From assembly GCA_026387175.1 (NCBI GenBank), contig JAPLME010000006.1, positions 108,078 to 172,077 of the forward strand: DNA of 64,000 nucleotides. Reading direction: 5' to 3'. The position numbers and the translations under genes are program-made. The notes beneath the pieces were generated by a model. It searched no databases. It saw nothing but the letters and a program-made list of their open reading frames with translations, and had not been told where the DNA came from. This document shows, in pieces, positions 1 through 9,554 of the stretch (its first letter is position 1; every line of letters begins with the position of its first letter). The DNA is from Candidatus Omnitrophota bacterium. GTDB taxonomy: Bacteria; Omnitrophota; Gorgyraeia; 2-01-FULL-45-10.

Positions 1-983
1 ACGATATTATAGGTAAGCAATCTGATCCGATGTTCTTTTATTATAGCCGTCGCGGATTCTATCTGGCCTATGGTCACCTCTTTCTTCAGGATGTCGTTCC
101 TCATATGATCGTCCCCCGATTCGATGCCGAGCCTTATCGAAAAACACCCTGCGCCCTTCATCTTTTTCACAAGGTCCCGCGTTACAAGGTTCGCCCGCGC
201 GGTGCAGCTGAACGGCAGGCCTATCTCATTTTTATAAATACCGAGGAACTCATCCACCCACTGTTTGGACAGTATAAATGTATCGTCAAGAAAGAAGATG
301 TGCCCCAGCCCGGGATTCTCTGTCTTCAAGGCCCTGATCTCATCGATAACATGCCTGACGCTGCGCCGCCTGATCACTTTCCCGTTGTTCCGGTACATAT
401 CGTTATACAGCTTATTGAAACAGAAAGAGCACTGGAAGGGGCAGCCCCTGGCGGTAAGCATGTGCCTGTGTTTCTGTTCTTTGAAAAACCCGTATTTGTC
501 ATAGATGCCTCTGTCCGGATACGGAATCGAATCCAGATCGTCTATCAGAGGCCTGAGGCCGTTGGTATATATACGTCCGTCTTTTTTTACCACAAGGTTC
601 CTGATACCGGTTATATCTTTTCCGGATTCCATCGCGTTGACGATGTCCAGTATCGCGCCCTCCCCCTCTCCGCGACAGATGATATCGAATGACGGGTCCT
701 TTGCGATATCAGGGTAGAATGTGGGGTGCGCTCCTCCGCATATTATCGGCGCATCGATACGTGCCTTGACCTTCCGGGCAAGTTCGGACATCCAGGAATA
801 TTCGCCTGTGGTTATCGAAAAAGCTATGATGTCCGGCCGGCATTCCTCGGCCTTCTTTATCAGGTCCTTTTCAAGGCTCTCGATGAGAACGTCGGCCCCG
901 TGCCCCGCTTTTTTCAGCACGGCCGACAAGGTCGCGATACCGAGCTTTACAAAAGGGTCCCTCTGTAAAAAAAGTACTTTCAT
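1..983 (-). CDS. B12-binding-domain radical SAM protein, N-terminal part (C-terminus truncated by the window edge)
   Basis: The reverse-complement from 983 translates to MKVLFLQRDPFVKLGIATLSAVLKKAGHGADVLIESLEKDL..., which matches the N-terminal cobalamin-binding domain of nine paralogs in this window (MK[IV]L[FL]... followed by GH.V). The start ATG overlaps the stop of the upstream gene as ATGA at 980-983. The gene is not in the ORF track because it lacks a stop inside the window. Confidence 0.6.
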   Translation of the reverse strand, partial: MKVLFLQRDPFVKLGIATLSAVLKKAGHGADVLIESLEKDLIKKAEECRPDIIAFSITTGEYSWMSELARKVKARIDAPIICGGAHPTFYPDIAKDPSFDIICRGEGEGAILDIVNAMESGKDITGIRNLVVKKDGRIYTNGLRPLIDDLDSIPYPDRGIYDKYGFFKEQKHRHMLTARGCPFQCSFCFNKLYNDMYRNNGKVIRRRSVRHVIDEIRALKTENPGLGHIFFLDDTFILSKQWVDEFLGIYKNEIGLPFSCTARANLVTRDLVKKMKGAGCFSIRLGIESGDDHMRNDILKKEVTIGQIESATAIIKEHRIRLLTYNI

Positions 984-2359
984 TCCAGCTCCCATAACAT
1001 CGAAAGGCACTTCTGCATCATACCGAGGCCGTGGCGAAAAGCCTTCATCTTGGATTTACCGCTGATCCTCTTCTTATAGTGAACGGGCATCTCGGCCATC
1101 TTCAATCTCAGCTTTGCGGCTCCATACAGAAGATCAAAGTCGCCCCACTTGCAGTCCTTCATCTCGATATGCCGGTAATGACGCTTCAGGAGCGCCTTGG
1201 TGCCGCAGAGCGTATCGGTATTACGCTGCCCCATTATGATGCTCATCATGATGCCGAACATCTTGTTACCGATATAATTGGCGAACTTCATCGCCTCTTT
1301 CTCCATCGGGTATACCATCCTGGTGCCGTTCACGAACTCAGCGGTCCCGTCGGCGATGGCATTGAAGAACTTGGGGATATCTTCCGGCATTACGGCCATA
1401 TCGGCGTCCAGTATCATAAGCACATCGCCTTTCGCGCTTTCAAAACCCGTGCGCACGGCGTTCCCCTTACCAAGGTTCTTCTCTATGCGTACCACCCTGA
1501 CACCCTCGATCTCTTTCGCCATCTTCCGGGCTATATCATACGTCCTGTCCGTCGACCCGTCATCGACGATGAGGATCTCCGTCTGCGCCCCGACTCTGGG
1601 CACCCTCCTCACGCACTCCTCAACATTGCCCTCCTCGTTATGGCACGGCACTATGACGGAGCACGACAGCTTGTCCCTTTTCGAAAGGCGCTGCCGTTTT
1701 CGGCAGACCGCATATTGGACAAAGGATATATTATTTATAACAAAGACTCGCGGTATGATCTTATTGATGATCTTCGATATCAGCGGGATCCGGACCGGAA
1801 GGGCCAATCTGAACCCTTTCTCGGAAATATCGTAATCCGCCACTTCCAGTATATTGCATATGTCCCTGAGCGTGACAAAATTACGGGGCGCATCCGGCGT
1901 CCTCAACCCAAGCTTCGCGCCCAGCCGTATCACGGGGGCCCACAGGGGATTTATATTATTGATCAATATTTTCGTATCATCGCCGGCCCATTCTCTCAGC
2001 CGGCCGAAGAACAGGCACAGGTCCTCGGTATAATCCAGAAGATTGGAGAGTATTATGTAATCGAAATCCTGCCTCGGTTCGAGCGTCCATATGTCCCCTT
2101 TCACAAGATCCAGGTCCGGATGCTTCTTCTTTGCGGCCTCTATCATATTCCCGCTTATGTCCATACCGAATCCATACAACGGCTTTACGGCAGCCAGTAG
2201 GCTCCCCGTCGCACAACCGACCTCCAGTACCCGCGAATCCGGCGGTATGATCTGGCAGTAAAACCTTGTCACCTGGTCGTGGTAGTACCCGTTCTTCCTT
2301 TTGTAAGAATCGTAATTATCGGCTATGGAATCGAAATGCTTGCGAACCTGATCAATCAT
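980..2359 (-). CDS. Bifunctional class I SAM methyltransferase (N-terminal) fused to a GT2 glycosyltransferase (C-terminal, dolichyl/polyprenyl-phosphate sugar synthase-like)
   Basis: N-terminal MTase motif I VLEVGCATGSLL and later DYIILSNLLDY. C-terminal GT2 motifs CSVIVPCHNEEGNVEECV and ILIVDDGSTDRT with an aspartate-rich catalytic region. Confidence 0.75.
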   Translation of the reverse strand: MIDQVRKHFDSIADNYDSYKRKNGYYHDQVTRFYCQIIPPDSRVLEVGCATGSLLAAVKPLYGFGMDISGNMIEAAKKKHPDLDLVKGDIWTLEPRQDFDYIILSNLLDYTEDLCLFFGRLREWAGDDTKILINNINPLWAPVIRLGAKLGLRTPDAPRNFVTLRDICNILEVADYDISEKGFRLALPVRIPLISKIINKIIPRVFVINNISFVQYAVCRKRQRLSKRDKLSCSVIVPCHNEEGNVEECVRRVPRVGAQTEILIVDDGSTDRTYDIARKMAKEIEGVRVVRIEKNLGKGNAVRTGFESAKGDVLMILDADMAVMPEDIPKFFNAIADGTAEFVNGTRMVYPMEKEAMKFANYIGNKMFGIMMSIIMGQRNTDTLCGTKALLKRHYRHIEMKDCKWGDFDLLYGAAKLRLKMAEMPVHYKKRISGKSKMKAFRHGLGMMQKCLSMLWELE

Positions 2360-3014
2360 TTTTCCTGTATTCTCCTATGCAGTAGAAGCCCAGATCAACC
2401 GGAACATATGCGGGAAATACGCGCGTTCCGCAAAGAGACATCTGTTTATCCAGCGCCCCGAGTATCGAGCTGTGGCTATTCGGGTGTATCTCATCATCAT
2501 CGCGGCCAATGAGCTTAAAGAGCATCTTTGTCACCGCATTCTTTACGGGAAAACCCGCAACCAGGCAACCGCCTTTTTTTATCACTCGCTTCATCTCGCT
2601 GATCGCGTCGCCAAGCTTGACCACATGTTCCAGCACGCTCATGCAGACGACCGTATCAAAGCTCCCGTTCTTGTATGGCAGGCGCAGAATATCCGCCCTG
2701 CTGAAGCCGATCCGTTTCAGGCCCTCCTTTTCCATCGCGCTCTTCACCCTTCCGAGGAGCGGATGGATATCCATCGCATGGAGATCTTTAGCCCTGCGCG
2801 AAAGGGCCGGCAGAAATAATCCGTAACCGCATCCTATCTCCAGCACCTTATCGGACTCCGGCATCCGCGGCAGCGCCATCTTGTAGCGGTGACGGTAAAC
2901 CAGGCCGTAAAGAGGGTGATAGACGAGCTGCGCGAGCAGATCGAGCTCTTCATCTCCCCACGCTTCCTGATAATGCCGATGATCGGGCAGTTTAAAACGC
3001 TGTTTATTCATCAT
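2352..3014 (-). CDS. Class I SAM-dependent methyltransferase
   Basis: Motif I VLEIGCGYGLF and post-I region DTVVCMSVLEHV. Confidence 0.75.
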   Translation of the reverse strand: MMNKQRFKLPDHRHYQEAWGDEELDLLAQLVYHPLYGLVYRHRYKMALPRMPESDKVLEIGCGYGLFLPALSRRAKDLHAMDIHPLLGRVKSAMEKEGLKRIGFSRADILRLPYKNGSFDTVVCMSVLEHVVKLGDAISEMKRVIKKGGCLVAGFPVKNAVTKMLFKLIGRDDDEIHPNSHSSILGALDKQMSLCGTRVFPAYVPVDLGFYCIGEYRKND

Positions 3015-3742
3015 ATAGAAGGGCGAACAGCCTTTATGTACAACGAACCTGAGAACTCGCGCAGAATCGGAGTTGCCTCGAACATACGTCCCATCGCCGA
3101 AACCATACCGATCAAGGACCGGGGCACATACGGATGCAGCCAGTCAAAAGGCGCTATCTCGATCTCCCTAAAGCCCGATTCCCGCAATGTCTTCCTTAAC
3201 TTCCATCGGACAAATGCGGTCTCATTCGGCGAAACTTTAGGAAATAGGCCGCGGAACCTGCGCTCGGCCCAAACTTGCGGATTGAGCATATTGGGTTCGG
3301 TAAAACTGATTATACCATTAGGCTTCAGCAGTCGGAAAATTACTTTGAGCGCTTCCTGGAGATCAAGATGATGTAAGATCGAAGAGCCGATGATCGCGTC
3401 GAACGGGCCGTCCATATCGCAATCCTCAAATCGCCTTTTCACAAAGCGGACCCTGTCTTCCGGCAAATGCCGCGCCCTTGCCTTATTCAGCAGATCTTCC
3501 GAAATATCGACGGCCACTATACAGGCCCCTTTTTTGGCAAAGATCTCGGTGAAGAGCCCTGTGCCGCAACCGATCTCCAGGACACGCGCGCCCGGACGAA
3601 GCCGCGCGCCGGAGGCCACCATCTCCGCGCGCCGTTCGGCGCGCAAACGGCCGGCCGGCGTGGCCCATCCCCAGAGCAGTTCGGTATCGCCTTCGGCGAG
3701 ATATTTTCCATGTTCTATCTCGTGAGCGGCCCGTGTATTCAT
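3011..3742 (-). CDS. Class I SAM-dependent methyltransferase (start re-assigned to MNTRAAHEIEH)
   Basis: Motif VLEIGCGTGLFTEIFAKKGACIVAVDISEDLL and AIIGSSILHHL. The track ORF 3011..3835 overlaps the upstream gene by 97 nt. The internal ATG at 3740-3742 forms an ATGA overlap with the upstream stop at 3739-3741. Confidence 0.7.
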   Translation of the reverse strand: MNTRAAHEIEHGKYLAEGDTELLWGWATPAGRLRAERRAEMVASGARLRPGARVLEIGCGTGLFTEIFAKKGACIVAVDISEDLLNKARARHLPEDRVRFVKRRFEDCDMDGPFDAIIGSSILHHLDLQEALKVIFRLLKPNGIISFTEPNMLNPQVWAERRFRGLFPKVSPNETAFVRWKLRKTLRESGFREIEIAPFDWLHPYVPRSLIGMVSAMGRMFEATPILREFSGSLYIKAVRPSI

Positions 3743-4986
3743 GCGTGAGACCTCGGAGCCAGAGCGCGTATGCCATCTATTATCATAAGTATACCGCCCG
3801 CCGTAAATACTAACAGGAGCGGCTCTACCGACCAACGATGCCGTGCCTCTACGAAATAGAGCGAATGCGTGAACGTGAGCGCGGCGAAGAAGAGGCAGAT
3901 CAGGACAATGGCCGGCTTTTCGCCTTTCTTCGAAACGAATAGACGATAGAAGATCGAGAGAAGCGCCGGAAGGAGAATGGCGAGGTAGTATATCTTATAT
4001 AGGCCCATCCACCGTTTCGGGTAAAGCCCTCCCTGGTGCGGGGAAAAATACCAGAAATAGCCCATCTTTTTGATTATCCTCTTAATGAATCCCATCGGAT
4101 CATCTTTGAAATAACCGACCGTGAGTTTTTTAAGGTACTCTCCCTGCTCCAGCTCGTTCATCTTATAAAACTCTTCCGGAAGCTCCGAAGCCATCTTATC
4201 CACCGTCGTGACATTATCCTCGATATAGAGGGAGCCCGTCGTCCCGGGCGCGTTGCCGCACCAGAGGGCCTCCCATTTATTGGTCTGAAGCAGGACCGGT
4301 TTCCCGAAGACGATCCAGTTCCTGACGATCCACGGAGACAGGATGGCCCCGCTTATCGCCAATATGGCGAATGTCAATGACAACCACTTCCGCAGGGCTT
4401 CATGCGACACGATACAGAACCATGCAAGACCGAGGACCAGGAACGGCAGGGTGGTGAACCTGAAGTTGATCGCCAGCCCGGCGGCGATCCCGACAAATGC
4501 CGCGTTTCTTAAGTCCGGCCTTTCTTTCAGGCGGATGAGCGACCAGGTCAGAAGTATGAACAGGAAAGAATAGACGTTCATAGCATGCAGTTTCGATGTC
4601 GAATAGACGATGAACGGCGGATAGAGCGCCGCGAGGGCCGCGGCAATGATCGCGGCCTTTCTGTCAAATATGCTCCGCGCAATCAGAAAGATCGGCGCAG
4701 ATATAAGCGACGTCACCACGATCTGTATAAAAACGACATAGAGCGGGTTATGTCCGAATAATTTATATATGGTGAAACACAGGAGTATGTATCCGGGGGC
4801 CTCTAGGCCGTAATAATTTGTATGAAAATGCCTGTAATAAAACCCTCCCCCGTTCAGCATGTTATTGACTATCGATTCGTATTCGAAGAGGCCCGGTTTC
4901 ATATAGACGCCTGAACCGAATAAGAAGACGAGCTTCACCACGATCGAAAGGATCACCAGGAGCGCTATTATATTCTTATCACGCAT
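3739..4986 (-). CDS. GT-C fold integral membrane glycosyltransferase, ArnT/PMT_2 (GT39/GT83-like) family
   Basis: Multi-TM protein. The first loop FEYESIVNNMLNGGGF resembles the DE..Y...A..M...G motif. LFGHNPLYVVFIQIVVTSLISAPIFLIARSIFDRKAAIIAAALAALYPPFIVYSTS matches the PMT_2 core pattern. Confidence 0.55.
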   Translation of the reverse strand: MRDKNIIALLVILSIVVKLVFLFGSGVYMKPGLFEYESIVNNMLNGGGFYYRHFHTNYYGLEAPGYILLCFTIYKLFGHNPLYVVFIQIVVTSLISAPIFLIARSIFDRKAAIIAAALAALYPPFIVYSTSKLHAMNVYSFLFILLTWSLIRLKERPDLRNAAFVGIAAGLAINFRFTTLPFLVLGLAWFCIVSHEALRKWLSLTFAILAISGAILSPWIVRNWIVFGKPVLLQTNKWEALWCGNAPGTTGSLYIEDNVTTVDKMASELPEEFYKMNELEQGEYLKKLTVGYFKDDPMGFIKRIIKKMGYFWYFSPHQGGLYPKRWMGLYKIYYLAILLPALLSIFYRLFVSKKGEKPAIVLICLFFAALTFTHSLYFVEARHRWSVEPLLLVFTAGGILMIIDGIRALAPRSHA

Positions 4987-4995
4987 GCTATGGCC

Positions 4996-5910
4996 TCACC
5001 GGTACACTATCCTGTATCTTAAAAGCGCCGCGGCAAGGCTTACGTACGCCTTGTAGTTCATGGGATCTTCCTTGATGGCCCTGAGATACCATCTCCGGCT
5101 CGCCCTGAAATCGCGGTTATGATGATGCATCCTGCCTCCTGCGATCATAACGGACGCCCGGCGCTTCCGTACCATCGCATCGATCCCATCCTGTGATCTG
5201 TCGATCCGGGCAAAGTTCCTGTCGAGGAGCTTTAAAGTATTGACGGCATTGGATTCCGCGCTTCGTAAAAAGGCCCCCGTCTCCGTCACCCTGTAAAACG
5301 CAAGTGAATCCGGCAGGAAATGGAATCGGTATCTCTGCGATAATCGCATCCAGTAATCATAGTCCTCTATCGTAAAAAGCTCTTTGTCTTCGGAGTATTT
5401 CATGCCGTCGTCGAAGACGATCTTCCTCCGGAGGACGACCGCCGAAGAGTGCATGCAATTGCCTTTGAAGAGCAGCTTATTATACATGTTATCCGCGAGC
5501 GGGCCGAACGAAGTATGCCTTAATACCTTTCCGTTGTAGACCACGGCCTCATTATGAAAAACGAGATCGACGCCGGGGTTCTCATCGAGTATCTCCCTGC
5601 AGCGCGCAAGCTTATCTTCGCGCCAGGTATCATCCCCGTCGAGAAGAGCGATATATTTGCCGCGGGCAAGGCTCATACCCCTGTTCCTGCCGCATGCGGG
5701 CAGACCGCTGTTCTCCTGATAAAAATATTTAACTCTTTTATCGTCGATCCCGGCAATGATCTCCCTGGTATCATCTTTAGAGCCATCGTCGAAGACGATG
5801 ACCTCGAGGTCGGCAAAAGTCTGTTTAAGGACGGACCTGACCGTTTCCTCTATATACTTGCCGTGATTATATGCCGCTATTACTACGCTGATCTCAGGCA
5901 CCTTTTCCAC
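4996..5910 (-). CDS. GT2 family glycosyltransferase
   Basis: ISVVIAAYNHGKYIEETVRSVLKQTF...VIVFDDGSKDDT...LLDGDDTW (DXD) motifs. Confidence 0.8.
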   Translation of the reverse strand: MEKVPEISVVIAAYNHGKYIEETVRSVLKQTFADLEVIVFDDGSKDDTREIIAGIDDKRVKYFYQENSGLPACGRNRGMSLARGKYIALLDGDDTWREDKLARCREILDENPGVDLVFHNEAVVYNGKVLRHTSFGPLADNMYNKLLFKGNCMHSSAVVLRRKIVFDDGMKYSEDKELFTIEDYDYWMRLSQRYRFHFLPDSLAFYRVTETGAFLRSAESNAVNTLKLLDRNFARIDRSQDGIDAMVRKRRASVMIAGGRMHHHNRDFRASRRWYLRAIKEDPMNYKAYVSLAAALLRYRIVYR

Positions 5911-6805
5911 AGCGTTCCTTTCTCATGGCCTTCATGGACAAAAGACCTTCCCGCAACCCCAGAGACACGAACCCTATCTCGCTCTCGATCTTCTCTGTGC
6001 GGTATGACGTGTTCTTCGGTCTCGGCGCTATATTCGGAAAGAAACTGCTATCGACGGGCTTGATCAGGCGCGCATCCAGCCCGAACACATCCGCAATGAG
6101 AAGCGCATAATCATAACGGCTGACTATGTCCCGCCCCGCGATATGATAAGTCCCCTTCTTGTCCATTTCGAGAAGCGACCAGATCGCTTCGGCGCAATTA
6201 TAGGCGCACAACGGATTATCGTAAACATCCACGACCATATTGACGTCCTTGCCGGAGCCGAGGGAGTCGATCAGGGCCGTGACGAGGTTCTTCCTTTCGC
6301 CTTCGTGGTTCCATCCGTACATCAGTATCGGCCTGACGATGATATTGTCCTCTAACGCTTTCTTGACCATGATCTCGCAATCTAATTTCATGGCTCCGTA
6401 TTTATTGATCGGGTTGACCTTGTCGTTCTCTCCGTAAGGGGCATGCTCCCCGTCAAAAACGGCATTGGTCGATATATATACAAGCTTTGCCTTTGCTTTT
6501 TCGCACAGTTCGACGATATTCTTTGTCCCCAGCACATTGGACCGGTATGCAAGGTCATAATGCCTCTCGCAAAAATCGACATCCGCCGCGCCTGCAGTAT
6601 GGATGACGGCGTCGATCTTCTTCGCCAGGAATACCGCCTCGAGCGCGCCGCGATCCTGCACGTCCGCCGGATAATACGTTATGTCGGGCCCGTTCGCCAT
6701 CCCATACTTGCCCAAATAGACGCCGGCGACCTTATGCGAAGGTTTTTTTGTATCGATGAGCGCCCTGCCCAACAGCCCCGTAGCGCCGGTTATCAAAATA
6801 TTCAT
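5894..6805 (-). CDS. RmlD-like NAD(P)H-dependent nucleotide-sugar 4-ketoreductase (dTDP-4-dehydrorhamnose reductase family)
   Basis: MNILITGATGLLGRAL Rossmann motif, YISTNAVFDGE, NKYGAMKLDCE (YxxxK) and C-terminal PRPKNTSYRTEKIE, colinear with RmlD. Confidence 0.6.
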   Translation of the reverse strand: MNILITGATGLLGRALIDTKKPSHKVAGVYLGKYGMANGPDITYYPADVQDRGALEAVFLAKKIDAVIHTAGAADVDFCERHYDLAYRSNVLGTKNIVELCEKAKAKLVYISTNAVFDGEHAPYGENDKVNPINKYGAMKLDCEIMVKKALEDNIIVRPILMYGWNHEGERKNLVTALIDSLGSGKDVNMVVDVYDNPLCAYNCAEAIWSLLEMDKKGTYHIAGRDIVSRYDYALLIADVFGLDARLIKPVDSSFFPNIAPRPKNTSYRTEKIESEIGFVSLGLREGLLSMKAMRKERCGKGA

Positions 6806-7863
6806 CTCTGTCCTTTTAAAAAATATCTCAACTTCTTCAGCATGGCACCGCGTCTTGTCGGCGCACCCAGGCAGTGCTGACAGGCGGTAGGAAGGGGCGT
6901 CCCCTTATTCCTGATATTATCCAGCAACGGCGCGCTCTTCTCCAGTATCGCTCCGAGCGTATCTTTCTGGATATTTCCAAGCGAGACTTTACCATCATAC
7001 GCCATGCAGCATGGAACGACATCGCCGCTTGACAGCACCCCCAATATCCTGCTATTGCACGGCCTGGCTTTTTTCACAGGATAGAATTTCTCAATCCTCC
7101 GGCCGTAAATGAAAGGCTTTATCTTCAACGAAATATTATCAGCAACTCTCAACCCCGGCTCCAGCATATAATTCGCACTAACATCTGCAAGATAACCATC
7201 GACAAGGTCGGCGTCGTATCGGTACGAGGGGATCCAAGCCTGCATCTCCCGTAAGAAGCCTTTGCTGTCGATCTTCAGGTCTTTTACAGTATCATATACG
7301 GAAGGATCACCCTGCTCAAGTCCAAGCAGCTGCTTCAATCTGCCGGTCCCGGATATAAAATTGCATGCAATATCAACGGTGACGTTCGAGGTGGTGTTGC
7401 GGACCGCTTTCAGGAATGCAAATATCCCATCCTTGTATTGCTGAAAATCGTATCCTGTCTTACGAACGCGGGAGAACAATCCGGCGCTCAATACCTGCAG
7501 CGACACCTTGATATATTCCGGGCGGGCATCGATTAGCCTATCTATCACCTCTTTTGAATTGAAAAGAAGTCCGTTCGTTACGATCATCACGGGCACCTTG
7601 CGCCCCCTGGCGTAACTGATGAAAGAATATATACGCTGATCGAGCAATGGTTCATTGAACTGGCTAAGGCAGAGATGCCGAAACTCTTCCGTCACACATA
7701 TCGAATCAATGACGCTGAACACGGCCTTATCCGGCAAGATACTGGCCTTATCGCGCCGTAGCGGATAACCGCAAAAATCGCAGTTCATATTGCAAAGGGA
7801 CATTGTCTCGAGTTGGAGGATGGAGAACCCGTATCGCGTTATGTCAACTTGCTGAAGGCTCAT
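6802..7863 (-). CDS. Radical SAM / SPASM-domain protein (start re-assigned to MSLQQVD)
   Basis: CNMNCDFC radical SAM cluster motif. C-terminal auxiliary-cluster cysteines CNSRILGVLSSGDVVPCCMAYDG...CQHCLG. The ATG at 7861-7863 forms an ATGA overlap with the upstream stop at 7860-7862. Confidence 0.65.
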   Translation of the reverse strand: MSLQQVDITRYGFSILQLETMSLCNMNCDFCGYPLRRDKASILPDKAVFSVIDSICVTEEFRHLCLSQFNEPLLDQRIYSFISYARGRKVPVMIVTNGLLFNSKEVIDRLIDARPEYIKVSLQVLSAGLFSRVRKTGYDFQQYKDGIFAFLKAVRNTTSNVTVDIACNFISGTGRLKQLLGLEQGDPSVYDTVKDLKIDSKGFLREMQAWIPSYRYDADLVDGYLADVSANYMLEPGLRVADNISLKIKPFIYGRRIEKFYPVKKARPCNSRILGVLSSGDVVPCCMAYDGKVSLGNIQKDTLGAILEKSAPLLDNIRNKGTPLPTACQHCLGAPTRRGAMLKKLRYFLKGQR

Positions 7864-8945
7864 CCGGCCCTCCTGTTGCGCAAACAGTGAAGCAGCCACG
7901 TAGCGCGGGTATAAAAGTGATGGTCGTGCAGCATCATATCCACCCTGCGTGAAACCGCGCCTGACAGGGAATTTTCACGCCACCGGATAAAACGCATATT
8001 TCTTTCGTATTCCCGCGGAAACGGCAGCGTCTTCTTTACCCGTGCACGCTTAAATATTCCTCTCGCCTTCCCATCCACATAAATCGGTTCCAGACCTTCT
8101 GCAACGCTTATCAATGCATTCCTTGAAAAATGGTACAGGTGAGCTATATGAAGTGAACCGAGATAACTACGGGTGGGGCTGTTATAATACTGGGCATTCT
8201 TGATGCTCGGCACCGATAGGAAGAGGATCCCGCTGTCCTTGAGAAGACCGCATGCCACCATGACCGCTGCCTTCGGATCTGCCAGATGCTCAAGCACATG
8301 GTTCATTATTACCAGGTCGAAGCGATCGCGGATATGCTTCATATCGTCGATGCCACCGTGGCGCAGATCAAGCCCTTTGTTAATGCTTCTGCCATACTCA
8401 AGATAGCTATCGTTTAGGTCATACCCCCGGACCTCAGCGCCTGCGTCCAGGAAGGAGGCCAATATTCCTCCGGCGGAACAACCGATCTCCATGACCGATT
8501 TACCCTTCAATGTAAACGCCTTGTAATGAGCACGGAGAAAATCCATTATGTACAACCCGTTCGTCCGCTGCGCCTTGAAATGCGCGGATATGCTTGACGT
8601 TCCGGAATTGAAATAGAGGTCTTGGTACTCCTTGCTGTAGAATTCTCTTAAAGAACGATCGTCGAGGCGGGGGTCTGTGCGTAATATACCGCAAGACTTG
8701 CAAATCACCGTATTCAAACTGAACCCGTAGCGGTCAGTTTCAGCGATAATCGCCGCATCGCCGGAACCGCACAGACATCGGCAGTGTTCAAGCGCATAGA
8801 TCCCGCTCCCGATCTTCTCCTGGATAGCATCCCGTAGCTTTATCTGTTCATCGCTTAACGGCAGGTGCGCTATGTTCGAGAATTGGTATTTCTTCGATAT
8901 TATTTTGCGATCGTGCGTGCTCATCTTATGACCCATTCGTTGCAA
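7860..8945 (-). CDS. Class I SAM methyltransferase with N-terminal zinc-ribbon (2x CxxC)
   Basis: CRCLCG...CKSCG zinc ribbon, then VMEIGCSAGGILASF and DLVIMNHVLEHL. Paralog of 19804..20805. Confidence 0.7.
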   Translation of the reverse strand: MQRMGHKMSTHDRKIISKKYQFSNIAHLPLSDEQIKLRDAIQEKIGSGIYALEHCRCLCGSGDAAIIAETDRYGFSLNTVICKSCGILRTDPRLDDRSLREFYSKEYQDLYFNSGTSSISAHFKAQRTNGLYIMDFLRAHYKAFTLKGKSVMEIGCSAGGILASFLDAGAEVRGYDLNDSYLEYGRSINKGLDLRHGGIDDMKHIRDRFDLVIMNHVLEHLADPKAAVMVACGLLKDSGILFLSVPSIKNAQYYNSPTRSYLGSLHIAHLYHFSRNALISVAEGLEPIYVDGKARGIFKRARVKKTLPFPREYERNMRFIRWRENSLSGAVSRRVDMMLHDHHFYTRATWLLHCLRNRRAG

Positions 8946-9554
8946 TTATGAAATTTTGGTTATATTTTCGCTATGCTTATAACTTTCTTCAAGCACATCG
9001 GCCACAGCCTTATCCCATTTATTCTGGGCCTTCAGTATGAGCCGTATCGCCTCTGCAACGGCACCTTCGCCGCCGTTCTTCTTCGTAATATAATCGGCGA
9101 CATCTTTCACCTCATCTACCGCGTCGTTTACCGCGATCGCAAGCCCGACGTTTTTCAAGATCGGGAGGTCCAGAAAATCGTCTCCCATATACGCTATAGA
9201 GTCCCGTGTTGCGCTATTATTCTTCATCACCTCATCCAGTGTCTCGAGCTTATTTATCCTGTCCAGATACAACTCATCTATCTTGATCTTGCTTGCCCGC
9301 TTAGACACCGCCTCGGAGGCCCTTCCCGATACCAGCACGATCTTAAGCCCTGCCGCCTTTGCTGCCCAGCAGGAAGACCCGTCATGTATGCAGAAGAGCC
9401 TCGTCTCGAAGAGCTTCTTCTTACCGAGATCGTCGTTACTCCAGATAACAAAAGGTTTCGTCATGACCCCGTCCGTATCTATGATGAGTATCTTGATCTT
9501 TACGATCTTCTCCCTCAACCTGCTGTCCATGCTATTCATGCGTCCCCCTATCAT
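8946..9554 (-). CDS. kdsC: KdsC-like HAD-superfamily phosphatase (3-deoxy-ulosonate 8/9-phosphate phosphatase family)
   Basis: ILIIDTDGVMT (DxDGV), VSGRASEAV, AYMGDDFLDLP, GGEGAVAEAIRLILKAQ. Colinear with E. coli KdsC and immediately downstream of kdsB. Confidence 0.7.
   Translation of the reverse strand: MIGGRMNSMDSRLREKIVKIKILIIDTDGVMTKPFVIWSNDDLGKKKLFETRLFCIHDGSSCWAAKAAGLKIVLVSGRASEAVSKRASKIKIDELYLDRINKLETLDEVMKNNSATRDSIAYMGDDFLDLPILKNVGLAIAVNDAVDEVKDVADYITKKNGGEGAVAEAIRLILKAQNKWDKAVADVLEESYKHSENITKIS

Noticed and set aside
1031-2200. Long plus-strand ORF (389 aa), and similar long plus-strand ORFs at 8973..9581, 9283..9909, 51598..52911, 50753..51388, 58412..59038 and 62350..62877
   Set aside because: All lie antisense to well-supported minus-strand genes. 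They have Arg/His/Pro-rich low-complexity translations and no recognisable domains, and are treated as shadow ORFs.
3011-3835. ORF-track start at 3835 overlapping the GT-C gene by 97 nt
   Set aside because: The internal ATG at 3740-3742 gives an ATGA stop/start overlap like those elsewhere in the array. The upstream 31 residues are Arg/Gly-rich and unconserved.
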